From: Nitrospirota bacterium
GTDB taxonomy: Bacteria > Nitrospirota > UBA9217
DNA: 64,000 nucleotides
Direction of reading: 5' to 3'
NCBI GenBank assembly: GCA_023229435.1
Contig: JALNZF010000013.1
Coordinates: 10,433-74,432 of the forward strand
The position numbers and the translations under genes are program-made. Shown here in pieces: positions 9,525-19,249 of the stretch; position 1 is the first letter of the stretch; each line of letters opens with the position of its first letter. The notes below the pieces were generated by a model, which did not search any database, was not told the DNA's origin, and saw nothing but the letters and a program-made list of their open reading frames with translations.

Positions 9525-11232
9525 TGATCTCTCCTGTCAGTTCTTCCACGGTAAACGGCCTGCCGTCGTATTTGTTGATCAAGGTATTGAACTCATACCC
9601 TGTCTCGGTCTTCATCAGCCTCGCGAACTGGCTGGTCGCGTTCTGCTCGATACAGATCGTGAGCTTCGCCCGCTTCAGAAGCCCCAGGTAGTCGAATTGC
9701 CCTGTCTCCGGGAAGGGATAGATCTCGGAGAAGTGCAGCATGGCGATTCGGTGAGACTGAGACAGCGCGTCCACGGCCTCCCGCATAAGTCCGTAGAGAG
9801 AACCCCAGCCAATTATCACGACATCGGGTTTGTGATCGCCGTAGAGGAACGGCGGCGCCACCTCCTGCTGCATCTGCGGGAACTTCTTGAACAACCGCTT
9901 CTCAACCATCTTGATGCGCATGCCGGCATCCTCGACAAGGTGGCCGTCCTCATCGTGCTCGTCGCTGTCCGTGACCACAAGGTGTTTCGCATCTCCGGGA
10001 ACTGCCAGCGGGCTTATTCCGCTCTGCGTAAGCGCATGGCGCTTGTAGCCTTCCAGCCTCTGGAACACCTCTCCCCGGAGACGATAGTCCGTGTTCCGGA
10101 GCCGGGCAAGGTCGAATCCTTGATAGCTCCACTGGGAGTCGGAGAGATAGGTGTCGAAAAGGATGAATGCCGGGACCTGGTACTTCTCCGCCAGATCAAA
10201 TGCCTTGTTCACAGAGAAGAAGGCCTGTTCAGGCGAGCCCGGCGCGAAGATGAACCGGGGAAATTCGCCGTGGCCGGCATGCAGCACCATATGAAGCTCG
10301 CCCTGCTCGGTCCGTGTGGGGAGACCGGTTGCCGGGCCCGGCCGCTGGCCCAGCGCGATCACCACCGGCGTCTCGGTGATCGCGGCAAGGGAAACACCCT
10401 CCACCATGAGGGCGAAGCCGCCGCCGGAAGTTCCCGTCATGGAGCGAACGCCCGCGAAAGATGCGCCCAGGGCCATGTTGATGGCCGCGATCTCGTCCTC
10501 TGCCTGCTCCACCACGATGCCGTACTCTTTTTCCTTGCCGGCCAGATAGTTCATGATGCCCGTGGACGGCGTCATGGGATAGGCCGCATAAAACTTCACC
10601 CCCGACGCCATGGAGCCCAGGGCGATGGCCTCGCTCCCGCCCACGAGCATCAGAGCGCCGGCCTTGTCATCACTGGCAACAGAAAAATTGCACGTGAGGC
10701 ACCCCTTCACGGCGTGGTCATAACCGGCCATTGCGGCATTCTTATTCGCAGAAACGATCGGCTCGCCTTTTTTCTTGAAGGTCTCGACGATGAGGTCCAT
10801 CAGGATATCGAGGTCCATCCCGAGCATGCCGAGGACAGCGCCGGTGGCAACCGTGTTGGCCATGATCTTGTCGCCTCCGTGCTGCATGGCAAGCTTCTCA
10901 AAGGGGACATCGAGAAACGCCGGTTTATCGTGCGTTTCCTTGAGCGTTTCAGAATCGTAGATGATCCGGCCGCGGGAGGTAAGCTCACGCTCATGCAGCC
11001 GGATGCTCTCCTTGTCCAAGGCAACGATAATATCGATCGCCCCTTTCGGCGCAATGACCGGCCGTTCGGACAGCCTGATCTGGTAGAAGTTGTGGCCGCC
11101 GCGGATGCGCGACTCATAATCCTGGTTCGTGAAGACATGGTATCCGGAGCGCGCAAATACATGTCCCAACGTGTCACCGATCGTCTGGATCCCCTGTCCT
11201 GCTTCACCGCCGATCTTGATCGAATAGTCCAT
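9502..11232 (-). CDS. 2-oxoacid:ferredoxin oxidoreductase alpha subunit (fused gamma-like + alpha domains)
   Basis: The N-terminal POR gamma-like domain reads IKIGGEAGQGIQ...RGG. It is followed by a pyruvate/2-oxoacid Fd oxidoreductase alpha core and overlaps the beta gene. Confidence 0.85.
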   Translation of the reverse strand: MDYSIKIGGEAGQGIQTIGDTLGHVFARSGYHVFTNQDYESRIRGGHNFYQIRLSERPVIAPKGAIDIIVALDKESIRLHERELTSRGRIIYDSETLKETHDKPAFLDVPFEKLAMQHGGDKIMANTVATGAVLGMLGMDLDILMDLIVETFKKKGEPIVSANKNAAMAGYDHAVKGCLTCNFSVASDDKAGALMLVGGSEAIALGSMASGVKFYAAYPMTPSTGIMNYLAGKEKEYGIVVEQAEDEIAAINMALGASFAGVRSMTGTSGGGFALMVEGVSLAAITETPVVIALGQRPGPATGLPTRTEQGELHMVLHAGHGEFPRFIFAPGSPEQAFFSVNKAFDLAEKYQVPAFILFDTYLSDSQWSYQGFDLARLRNTDYRLRGEVFQRLEGYKRHALTQSGISPLAVPGDAKHLVVTDSDEHDEDGHLVEDAGMRIKMVEKRLFKKFPQMQQEVAPPFLYGDHKPDVVIIGWGSLYGLMREAVDALSQSHRIAMLHFSEIYPFPETGQFDYLGLLKRAKLTICIEQNATSQFARLMKTETGYEFNTLINKYDGRPFTVEELTGEINDHLRNV

Positions 11233-11635
11233 AGTTCCCTCTTTCTAAGACAGGATCGATGCGTAGTTACAAAAGCAACAAATTCTACTCATACATGGGA
11301 AGAAAGATCGCAATCCTTTTGATAGGGCATAAAGATTACGAGATGGAACGTAACTACTCATGTCGGTTGCGGAGCGTAGCCTCAATAAGAGCGCGACTGC
11401 CGGATCCGGTGGCGAACCTCAAAAAATCCAGGCAATGCGGGCAAAGCGGAAGCGCCGCGAATGCTGTTCGTGCCGGGGGAATCGATGTCCCCTGCGCTCC
11501 TTGCGCCGAAGCGAAGTAACTGACCTGCGTAATTACGATGGAACTAAAAATTAAATCCTAATGTTATCCGATGTTATCCCGATGATCCTGTCAATGGATT
11601 GTCTGCTCTGACGTGAGCAAATAAGGACACGCCTT

Positions 11636-11974
11636 TTACCCGATGTCCTCTATCGTGATCACGCCGGATCCCAGAAGTCGCTCCAGAAGGACAAAGCCGC
11701 CACAAGGCCGTGCTGTCCGGTCCTGCATAAAATCGCAGTCCTGTTTGTAAAAATCGCAGACAATACACAGGGTTTTCACTATCCTGTCTGCCAGAACCGG
11801 GCTTGATTCTCCGTTGTTGCTTTCGAGGACAAGGCCTTTCCCTTCTCGCAATAATCGTTCCACGACCCTATAGCCTTTGCATGCAAGCTCTTCGTTCTTT
11901 CCGGGTTCATAGTAGGAACAGAATTTTAAACAAAGTGTTTGTTCCAGCGGCACGTTGTCCGTCATGGGGTCCAT
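11636..11974 (-). CDS. Hypothetical 7-Cys small protein, divergent from radical SAM gene
   Basis: The Cys pattern is CxxxC...C...CxxC...CxF...PCGG. There is no obvious SD. Its start region overlaps the listed rSAM ORF start. Confidence 0.4.
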   Translation of the reverse strand: MDPMTDNVPLEQTLCLKFCSYYEPGKNEELACKGYRVVERLLREGKGLVLESNNGESSPVLADRIVKTLCIVCDFYKQDCDFMQDRTARPCGGFVLLERLLGSGVITIEDIG

Positions 11975-12011
11975 TATAACAAAAATACTGACGGGGTGCT
12001 ATAATAACGCT

Positions 12012-13142
12012 ATGAGTTACTACCTGGCGAGACGGGCCGTCCTGAAATGGCTTGAGATCCCGTCCGTCTATCAGATCGCAAAGGATGAATTATACGAACT
12101 TGACAGCGCTTCGTTCCATTTTCTGAAGACGTGCGCCTCTGACGACGGTTGCGTCTCAAAGAACAGCGCGTTTCTGGATTACTGCCTGGAGGAGGGACTG
12201 CTGACGACGACACCAGGCGTGGTCCAACGGGCCGCTCTTAAACAGGCGCCTGAACCTTCCCTGCGCTACCTGGAGCTCCAGATCACCGATGCCTGCAACC
12301 TCAAATGCAAACATTGCTATATCGACAATGCCGATCGCAACGAATTGTCAGGGGACCAGGTGGTAAAGGTTCTGCGCGAATTCGAGGAGATGCAGGGTTT
12401 GCGCGTGATGATAACCGGCGGCGAACCGCTGGTCCACAGCAAGTTCCACGAGATCAACGAGATGCTCCCTGATTTTTTTATTAGAAAGGTCCTGTTCACG
12501 AATGGCGTGCTCCTTAAAAAGGAAACCCTGAAAACACTCAAGGTCGACGAGATCCAGGTGAGCATAGATGGACTGGAACCGGCACACGAGAGGCTCCGGG
12601 GAAGCGGGACATTCAAACGCTCCCTGGAAGCAATGGAAAATGCGCTTGACGCGGGCTTCGACGTATCCGTGTCCACCATGGTACACCAGTATAATACTGA
12701 GGACTTCGACCGCATGGAAAAGCTTTTCAGAGAGATGCAGATCAAGGATTGGACCGTGGACATCCCGTGCCTGACCGGAAGGCTGAAGGAAAATGATGAT
12801 TTTTATGTCAGCCCCGAACAAGGCGGAAAATATCTCGGCTATGGATACGGCAATGGACTTCATTCGTCCACACAAGGATATGGCTGCGGCCTCCATCTCA
12901 TGGCGGTGATGGCAAATGGGAACATCGCGAAATGCACATTTTACGGGGGCCAACCCATCGGCACGGTAGACCATGGTCTGAAAGCAGCGTGGCGGAACAT
13001 GCAGCCGGTCAGGCTGAAGAACCTTGAGTGTTGCTGCGAGTACCTTGAAGTATGCCGGGGAGGGTGCAGATACCGGGCGGAACTTATCGAGGGAACCGGT
13101 GGAAAGGACCCGTACCGGTGCATGCTTTATGGTATACTATAG
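12012..13142 (+). CDS. Radical SAM/SPASM-domain peptide-modifying enzyme with N-terminal PqqD-like RRE
   Basis: The radical SAM motif is CNLKCKHC (CX3CX2C). The C-terminal SPASM Cys cluster reads GCG...C...CCCEYLEVCRGGC. The N-terminal ~90 aa winged-helix-like region (VLKWLEIPSVYQI...FHFLK) looks like an RRE. The listed ORF begins at TTG 11955 and the ATG at 12012 is preferred. Confidence 0.8.
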   Translation: MSYYLARRAVLKWLEIPSVYQIAKDELYELDSASFHFLKTCASDDGCVSKNSAFLDYCLEEGLLTTTPGVVQRAALKQAPEPSLRYLELQITDACNLKCKHCYIDNADRNELSGDQVVKVLREFEEMQGLRVMITGGEPLVHSKFHEINEMLPDFFIRKVLFTNGVLLKKETLKTLKVDEIQVSIDGLEPAHERLRGSGTFKRSLEAMENALDAGFDVSVSTMVHQYNTEDFDRMEKLFREMQIKDWTVDIPCLTGRLKENDDFYVSPEQGGKYLGYGYGNGLHSSTQGYGCGLHLMAVMANGNIAKCTFYGGQPIGTVDHGLKAAWRNMQPVRLKNLECCCEYLEVCRGGCRYRAELIEGTGGKDPYRCMLYGIL

Positions 13143-13236
13143 GCTAAACAGGTTCGAAATTCGGTTGTAATGCTCCAAAAAAATACACCGTGCTTTTCCG
13201 GATCAGAAACGTTCACAAAAGAAAGGAGGAATTTCC

Positions 13237-13299
13237 ATGACCATTAAGAAAGTGACAAAAAAAATGTCGGTCACCTGCAAGTGCAAAAGCTCTTGCTAA
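13237..13299 (+). CDS. Candidate RiPP precursor peptide MTIKKVTKKMSVTCKCKSSC (20 aa)
   Basis: A perfect SD (AAAGGAGGA) sits 7 nt upstream of the ATG. The ORF is 94 bp downstream of the rSAM/SPASM gene and immediately followed by a strong terminator. It has a Cys-rich C-terminus. It was missed by the ORF track because it is shorter than 60 aa. Confidence 0.55.
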   Translation: MTIKKVTKKMSVTCKCKSSC

Positions 13300-13332
13300 C
13301 TTCGGCAAACGATAAACGATCTGAAAAAGTAT

Positions 13333-13365
13333 AAGCCCGGCAAGAAATGCCGGGCTTATTTTTGG
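13333..13365 (+). terminator. Rho-independent terminator after the peptide ORF
   Basis: The stem aagcccggca-agaaa-tgccgggctt is followed by ATTTTTGGG. Confidence 0.8.
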
Positions 13366-13448
13366 GTTGAAACAGGAACGACGATATCAGCATCCATCAA
13401 AGGGACAAGATGAAACGTGGTATCGGTCCAAGATCTTCTGCTTGTCCT

Positions 13449-14177
13449 CTACTTTTGAGCTTTCCCGGATGCATCGGCTTTTACGATGGAGACCAACTCA
13501 ACATCAAAAATCAATACCGAATTCGGGCCGATCGTTCCCATGCGTTTGTCCTGAAATCCGATGTTCGATGGAATAAAGAGCTGGAACTTCGCGCCCTCCC
13601 TCATGAGCATGATCCCCTCGGTCCAGCCGGCAATTAAGCTCTTATCGCTTACCGGCATGGTCATCGGATGCTCTGGGTGACTGTCCGAGTTGTCAAAAAC
13701 CGTCCCGTCAACAAGGCTGCCCCGGTAATTTACGAGCACCTTATCCGTGGCCTTTGGCTTCTTTCCCGTTCCCTCGGCGATCACTTTGTACTGCAATCCG
13801 CTCGGCAGGACCTTTATTCCTGCTTTTTTTGCATTTTCAGCGAGAAAGGCCGCCCCTTCCTTCTTATTCTTTTCACCGATAAGCCTATTCTCTTCCTCCT
13901 GCTTTTTGGCGCGCGTTCTCTGGAAATTCTCCTCGATCGCGACCATTTCCTTGGTAGTCATGAGGGTCTCCGCTCCTGACAATGCATCCTGGATACCCCG
14001 GATGAGAACTTTCTGGTCAATATCGACCGACTGCCTCTTCAGGCTGTTTCCCATATAAACGCCTTTGGTATAACTCAGTTTGTCCTTTTCTGTTTTGAGC
14101 TGAATTTTTTCCGCCGCGTTTGCCTGACTCGCCATAAACATTGCACAGAGTGCAACTACTCCTAATCGCAACTTCAT
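13449..14177 (-). CDS. FKBP-type peptidyl-prolyl cis-trans isomerase (FkpA-like, periplasmic)
   Basis: The FKBP C-domain reads VLVNYRGSLVDGTVFDNS...FDVELVSI. Start is set at MKLRLGVVALCAM (ATG 14177) with SD GAGGAAGGGG. Confidence 0.8.
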   Translation of the reverse strand: MKLRLGVVALCAMFMASQANAAEKIQLKTEKDKLSYTKGVYMGNSLKRQSVDIDQKVLIRGIQDALSGAETLMTTKEMVAIEENFQRTRAKKQEEENRLIGEKNKKEGAAFLAENAKKAGIKVLPSGLQYKVIAEGTGKKPKATDKVLVNYRGSLVDGTVFDNSDSHPEHPMTMPVSDKSLIAGWTEGIMLMREGAKFQLFIPSNIGFQDKRMGTIGPNSVLIFDVELVSIVKADASGKAQK

Positions 14178-14611
14178 ATCGGTCCCCTTCCTCTCTCTTC
14201 TGTTCGTTGTTGGTTCTCGCCCGAAAGCGATCTGACCCAAAGCTCCCGGAACGTTCAATCGAACTTATCGCAGCATTCGGAGATTTTATTGAACTCCTCT
14301 CCTCTTGTCAAGCAAAAATCAACAGGACATCCCACAAAATATTAATTGCATTCCCTTGCGTTTTAGAAGGGTTTATAGTACCTTGAAAACGTAAGGAAGG
14401 GAGAGCAACAAAAAGGGTAATGAGGTGAAGTATTCGGAAGGATGACGCCTTTCGCAGGTGGCGCGACGCAAATTTTTCTTCCCTCTGTTATTTAAGGGCG
14501 GGCGGGATATTAAATCCCTATTGTCGGCATGGTTATTTCATGCTATAGTAACGACTGACTGGTGCGGTTGACATACTTCCCAGTCGTTTTATTACCTCCC
14601 ACAGGAACCTC

Positions 14612-15412
14612 ATGGAACAGGCGATATCGAAATATTGCGGTTATTTCTGGGCCGGCCATTTTCTGTATCTTGGCCGTTGCCCTGCAAACACCGTGCACAT
14701 GCACTATGCCCTGCAGGTCATCGTAAATCGGGAGGGGCTCTTTCAGTTGCGCAGAGATAAAACCTCCATCGAATGCGGAGGGGTCGTCGTCGGGTCAGGA
14801 TGTCCCCACCAGTTGGTCAGTCCCAGCAATGCACACTCCTGGATACATCTGCTGATCGACCATGAATCCGATGTCGCCAAGGCAATCGCAAAACGGCATC
14901 TGGGGGAAAGGGATTTCAAGGTACTTGATGACGATCTTCTCAAACGGCTGCGAGGGTGCATCGATGTCCCCGGAAATTTTCTCGGATCGTGCCGAGATGC
15001 CGGCGAGGTATACAAAAAACTCGTTACCGAGCTCGGCGGCTATCCTGAACAGGCCGCGGTAGCGGTTGATCCGCGGATCAAGGCAGCCATTGACCTGTTG
15101 AAGGGGGAATATCTCTCACGAAAAGTGGTCGTCACCGACCTTGCCCGGCATGCCTGTCTCTCCGAAAGCCGTTTGAGGCATCTGTTCACCGAGCAGATCG
15201 GCATTCCGCTCCGGCGTTATGTCCTCTGGCTCCGGTTGATGACCGCTGTCCAATTCGCCGTTCAAGGCGAGTCCCTCACGCAAGCCGCGCACAATGCCGG
15301 TTTTTCCGACTCAGCGCACCTGTGCCGCACGTTCAGAAGGATGTACGGCGTCACCCTTTCCGGCCTGATTAAAAATAGCCGCTTCGTTCAAGTAATTTCC
15401 TGCTTTTCCTGA
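14612..15412 (+). CDS. AraC-family transcriptional regulator
   Basis: The C-terminal double HTH reads ARHACLSESRLRHLF...SDSAHLCRTFRRMYGVT. Confidence 0.8.
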   Translation: MEQAISKYCGYFWAGHFLYLGRCPANTVHMHYALQVIVNREGLFQLRRDKTSIECGGVVVGSGCPHQLVSPSNAHSWIHLLIDHESDVAKAIAKRHLGERDFKVLDDDLLKRLRGCIDVPGNFLGSCRDAGEVYKKLVTELGGYPEQAAVAVDPRIKAAIDLLKGEYLSRKVVVTDLARHACLSESRLRHLFTEQIGIPLRRYVLWLRLMTAVQFAVQGESLTQAAHNAGFSDSAHLCRTFRRMYGVTLSGLIKNSRFVQVISCFS

Positions 15413-15602
15413 TACCATTCCTACAAATGCAGTGATGGGAAATCTGGTCACCGCCTCGGGCATGAGGCAGTGAGTTCTCCTTTTTCAGCTTGAGCTTGTC
15501 CTCCTGTGTTCGTGTCTCGACAACACTGCTTAACCTCTCTGTGCAGAGGGGGGCAAGCTCGTACTTTTTTTCAACGTATAGAGATAACGGGAAGGAGGCA
15601 AA

Positions 15603-15962
15603 ATGAAAAACGGATTTTTCATAGCGATTGCCTGCATGGCCGTGTTGATCGGTGCCTGCAGCCCCAGCACGGATTTCCTGGTGTTAAAACACGGGAGGGG
15701 CTATTACGTGGGGAGTAACTCGAATGCCAGATATGAAATGTTGTGTACGTCTGGCGAAATGGATAAAGTACTTGCTTCCTCAAAACTGAGCATGGAACTA
15801 AAAAACTCCCTCTATAAATACAGCTGTTCCGAGGAACGATCCGGGGAAAAGGTTAAACAGCTCTACGCAGCCATGACGGTTGAACAGAGAAAAGACATTA
15901 AAAATGCCTTTAGAATTAACGGCTTTGACATAAACCAGGGTCCCGGATGTTGCGCAGATTAA
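15603..15962 (+). CDS. Lipoprotein, uncharacterised family (paralog A)
   Basis: It has SD GAAGGAGG and a lipobox LIGAC. It is about 55% identical to paralog B at 16525. Confidence 0.6.
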   Translation: MKNGFFIAIACMAVLIGACSPSTDFLVLKHGRGYYVGSNSNARYEMLCTSGEMDKVLASSKLSMELKNSLYKYSCSEERSGEKVKQLYAAMTVEQRKDIKNAFRINGFDINQGPGCCAD

Positions 15963-16003
15963 TGAGAACCGCGGCCAACAACACCCCGATGAGGAGTTGC
16001 GTC

Positions 16004-16528
16004 ATGCGTCATATTCTATCCCTGTTCATTTTCTTTTCCATTATTTCCGCCAGGCAAGCAGCCTGTCTTGATACTGCCACCGAGAACGGGAAGCCTGCTC
16101 CATCATTCGCACTCGAAAATATCAACGGGGAAAAGGCCGCCCTCGCGGACTATAAGGGAATGGTCGTCCTCCTTAATTTTTGGGCGACCTATTGTGGACC
16201 CTGCAAAAAGGAAATGCCCTCTCTTCACAATCTTTTCCTCGCGTTTAAAAAGGACGGTCTCATCGTATTAGCCGTATCCAGGGACGAAGACAAAAAAAAT
16301 GTTCAATCATTCATCAAAAAACAGGCGATCACGTTTCCCGTGCTTATGGACAAAGATCAGGAGGTTTCCTTCGACCACTATGCTGTTCACAACCTTCCAA
16401 CAAGCTTTCTCATCGACCGGGACGGTATCATCAGAGAAACGATCATCGGCGAACGGGAATGGGATGCTCCGGATATGAAAAAGAAAATAGGATCATTACT
16501 GTCGAGCAAGAAAGGAGAGATGCAATGA
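16004..16528 (+). CDS. TlpA/ResA-like periplasmic thiol:disulfide oxidoreductase
   Basis: The motif WATYCGPC and a signal peptide are present. Start is the ATG at 16004, with SD GAGGAG 7 nt upstream. Confidence 0.8.
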   Translation: MRHILSLFIFFSIISARQAACLDTATENGKPAPSFALENINGEKAALADYKGMVVLLNFWATYCGPCKKEMPSLHNLFLAFKKDGLIVLAVSRDEDKKNVQSFIKKQAITFPVLMDKDQEVSFDHYAVHNLPTSFLIDRDGIIRETIIGEREWDAPDMKKKIGSLLSSKKGEMQ

Positions 16529-16869
16529 AAACCTGGCTCTTGATAGGTATTGCCGGAATGGTCCTGCTTACCAGCGCCTGCACCCCCATGATCATGGTTG
16601 GCAAAGGAGAGCGGAGGGGCGCTTTCCTGGGGAGCAGCTCGAAGACCATGTATGAGATGTTGTGTGCGTCGGGTGACCTGAAGAAAGTGCTTACCGCAAC
16701 ACACCTGAGCACGGAAATGAAAGACTCATTCTATCAGTACAACTGTTCAGCCGAACGTTCCGGTGACAAGCTTAAGCAACTGTACGCTTCCATGACGCCT
16801 GAACAGAGGAAAGACATCAGAACTGCCTTCAAAGCGAATGGCTATTCGATAAACGGCGGAACCTGTTGA
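16525..16869 (+). CDS. Lipoprotein, uncharacterised family (paralog B)
   Basis: The ATG overlaps the tlpA stop (ATGA) and SD AAAGGAGAG is present. The lipobox is LTSAC. The conserved block YEMLCxSG...YxCSxERSGxKxKQLYAxMTxEQRKDI is shared with paralog A. Confidence 0.6.
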   Translation: MKTWLLIGIAGMVLLTSACTPMIMVGKGERRGAFLGSSSKTMYEMLCASGDLKKVLTATHLSTEMKDSFYQYNCSAERSGDKLKQLYASMTPEQRKDIRTAFKANGYSINGGTC

Positions 16870-17230
16870 GGACCGATTGAAACAACATCCGGTCGGATGA
16901 AAGCTCTCTGATAAAACAAGGTTCTTCAACAAAGATACCGATGATCAACATCGGCAGGCGATTTTCTTTATGAATGAAACCATCAAAGTCATTCACATGA
17001 AAAAGAAATTTCCGCATGGCTGGTACGCAGCATGCGGACGGGATATCACATCGAATACCGCTGTCGTTTCTTCCTGGTCCGAGGTGACCTGTAAAAACTG
17101 CAAATTAAAACAATTGAGCGATACTGATTGTGGAAAATATTCCACTTTGTCCGCGAGGGTCAGGTCAGAGTGTTTATAGCGCTATTCGTTCTTACCGTAA
17201 GCAATAACCCTGTTTCTTTTCTTGGCCCTC

Positions 17231-18325
17231 TTACACGTTAAACCGGAAAAGCATGATGTCCCCATCCTTGACCACGTAATCCTTTCCTTCGGAACGGAGC
17301 AGACCCGCCTCTTTCACGGCCTTCTCCGTGCCAAGCCTCATCAGATCATCGAAGTGGAATACCTCCGCGCGAATGAATCCTTTTTCAAAATCCGAGTGGA
17401 TCTTGCCCGCGGCCTGTGGTGCCTTGGTGCCCTTGGTAATGGTCCAGGCCCGCACTTCTTTCTCGCCGGCGGTAAGGTAGGTGATAAGTCCAAGGAGCTC
17501 GTAGCCCGCGCGAATCATGCGATCGAGGCCTGACTCCTTGAGACCCATACCCGAAAGGTATTCCATTCGCTCTTCCGTGGGAAGCTGGGCAATCTCTCCC
17601 TCCACCTGGCCCGAGATGACGACGACCCGGGCGTTTTCCTCGGCAGCGATCATCCTGACCGCGTCAACGAACGGGTTCGGTTTGTCCACCATGTCCTCTG
17701 CCACGTTGGCCACATAGAGCACCGGCTTGGCGGATAACAGGGCATAGCTCTTGAGCCACAAGGTCTCTTCCTCGGAATGGGTCGCGCGGCGGATCGGCTC
17801 CCCCCTGGCGAGCATGTCCTTGAGCCGCCGCATGAACTCCACCTCTTCCAGTCCCTTTTTGTCCGCGGTCCTGGCCGTCTTCTCGGCCTTGTACAGCCGT
17901 TTCTCTATCGCGTCGAGATCCGCAAGCATGAGTTCCGCTTCGATCACCTCGATGTCCTCCCGGGGGTCCACCTTCCCGGCCACGTGAATGACATTTGGGT
18001 CTTCGAAACAACGCACCACGTGCGCGATCGCGTCCACCTCGCGGATGTTGGCGAGAAACTTGTTTCCCAGCCCTTCACCCTGCGCCGCGCCCTTCACGAG
18101 ACCTGCAATGTCCACGAACTCCATGCTCGTGGGCGTTCTTTTTTTCGGCTTGTAGATCTCGACAAGCCTGTCGATCCGCTCATCGGGCATGTCCACCACG
18201 CCAACGTTGGGATCGATGGTCGTGAAGGGATAGTTCGAGGCCTGAGCGCCCGCGGAAGTGAGCGCATTGAAAATGGTGGACTTTCCTACGTTCGGAAGGC
18301 CAACGATACCGCAGTTGAAACCCAT
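17231..18325 (-). CDS. ychF: Ribosome-binding ATPase YchF
   Basis: The N-terminus reads [23 protein letters not shown] and the C-terminus carries a TGS domain. Confidence 0.9.
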   Translation of the reverse strand: MGFNCGIVGLPNVGKSTIFNALTSAGAQASNYPFTTIDPNVGVVDMPDERIDRLVEIYKPKKRTPTSMEFVDIAGLVKGAAQGEGLGNKFLANIREVDAIAHVVRCFEDPNVIHVAGKVDPREDIEVIEAELMLADLDAIEKRLYKAEKTARTADKKGLEEVEFMRRLKDMLARGEPIRRATHSEEETLWLKSYALLSAKPVLYVANVAEDMVDKPNPFVDAVRMIAAEENARVVVISGQVEGEIAQLPTEERMEYLSGMGLKESGLDRMIRAGYELLGLITYLTAGEKEVRAWTITKGTKAPQAAGKIHSDFEKGFIRAEVFHFDDLMRLGTEKAVKEAGLLRSEGKDYVVKDGDIMLFRFNV

Positions 18326-18477
18326 GACAAGCTCCTTTTCGGGACGATCCAAATTCCAGTCATTCATCTCAAAATCACGATCTACCGCTGAAGCGCGGAG
18401 ACACGGAGAAATGCATATTGAAAATAATTGGACTTTCTCTGCGCCTCGGCGGCCCTGCGGTAAACCTGAGTTGTTGT

Positions 18478-18520
18478 CTCAAAACAATAAAAACCCGGAG
18501 CTGTCGGAATAGTCCTTCAG
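18478..18520 (-). terminator. Intrinsic terminator between pth and ychF
   Basis: On the minus strand the stem cccggacctgaaggactattccgacagctccggg is followed by TTTTTATTGTTTT. Confidence 0.5.
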
Positions 18521-18538
18521 GTCCGGGCTTCTGAATGC

Positions 18539-19102
18539 TTACTTTTGATTAACGACATCCATGGCCCGTGTGGGGCCTTCCACGACAATACGTCTGACCG
18601 CTTCCGCGGCCTTTGCAATGGCCTCTGAAACTGCCGGACGTTCTTCGGCAAGAAATGGGCTGAGCACATAATCCGCCGAATCCATATTCAGCGTTGGCCT
18701 GTTTATCCCGATGCGGACCCGGATAAACTCCGGTGACCCCAGGTACTCGATAATGGAGCGAAGCCCGTTGTGGCCTCCGTGGCCACCGCCGATCTTCACG
18801 CGCACGGACCCAAGCGGAAGATCCAGATCATCATGGAGTACGATCAGGTCGGAAGCAGTTCTGTAAGAGTCCCTCAGGATCGCCGCCACCGATTGGCCGC
18901 TGTCGTTCATATACGTCTGCGGCTTGACCAGGACCAGCTCCTCGGAATCGAGCCTGGCCTTGCCGATCAGGGCGTGGTGTTTTTCCTGAGTACACGCTCC
19001 CTGCAGGATACTGGCAAGCTCGTCAACCGCCATGAAGCCTGCGTTGTGACGCGTGCGTTCATACGTTCTGCCCGGGTTGCCAAGCCCAACAATGATCTTC
19101 AT
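18539..19102 (-). CDS. pth: Peptidyl-tRNA hydrolase
   Basis: The N-terminus reads MKIIVGLGNPG...HNAGF. The ATG at 19102 is used; the listed ORF starts at TTG 19111. Confidence 0.9.
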   Translation of the reverse strand: MKIIVGLGNPGRTYERTRHNAGFMAVDELASILQGACTQEKHHALIGKARLDSEELVLVKPQTYMNDSGQSVAAILRDSYRTASDLIVLHDDLDLPLGSVRVKIGGGHGGHNGLRSIIEYLGSPEFIRVRIGINRPTLNMDSADYVLSPFLAEERPAVSEAIAKAAEAVRRIVVEGPTRAMDVVNQK

Positions 19103-19249
19103 GGGAAACAAGCCCCAAATTTCAAATCACAAATTCCCAATAAGCACCAAACTCCAAATCCAAAATTCCAAACTGTTTGGAATTGTAATAGTATCTTTTT
19201 GGAATTTATGTGGTGCTTGTTATTTGGTGCTTGTAGCTTATATCCGCCG

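Noticed and set aside
9385-11322. 645-aa plus-strand ORF
   Set aside because: It is entirely antisense to the well-supported OFOR alpha gene. It has Arg/His-rich low-complexity translation typical of GC-rich antisense frames.
16970-17179. 69-aa Cys-containing small ORF (possible zinc ribbon)
   Set aside because: It has no SD and no recognisable family. It could be real, but the evidence is insufficient.
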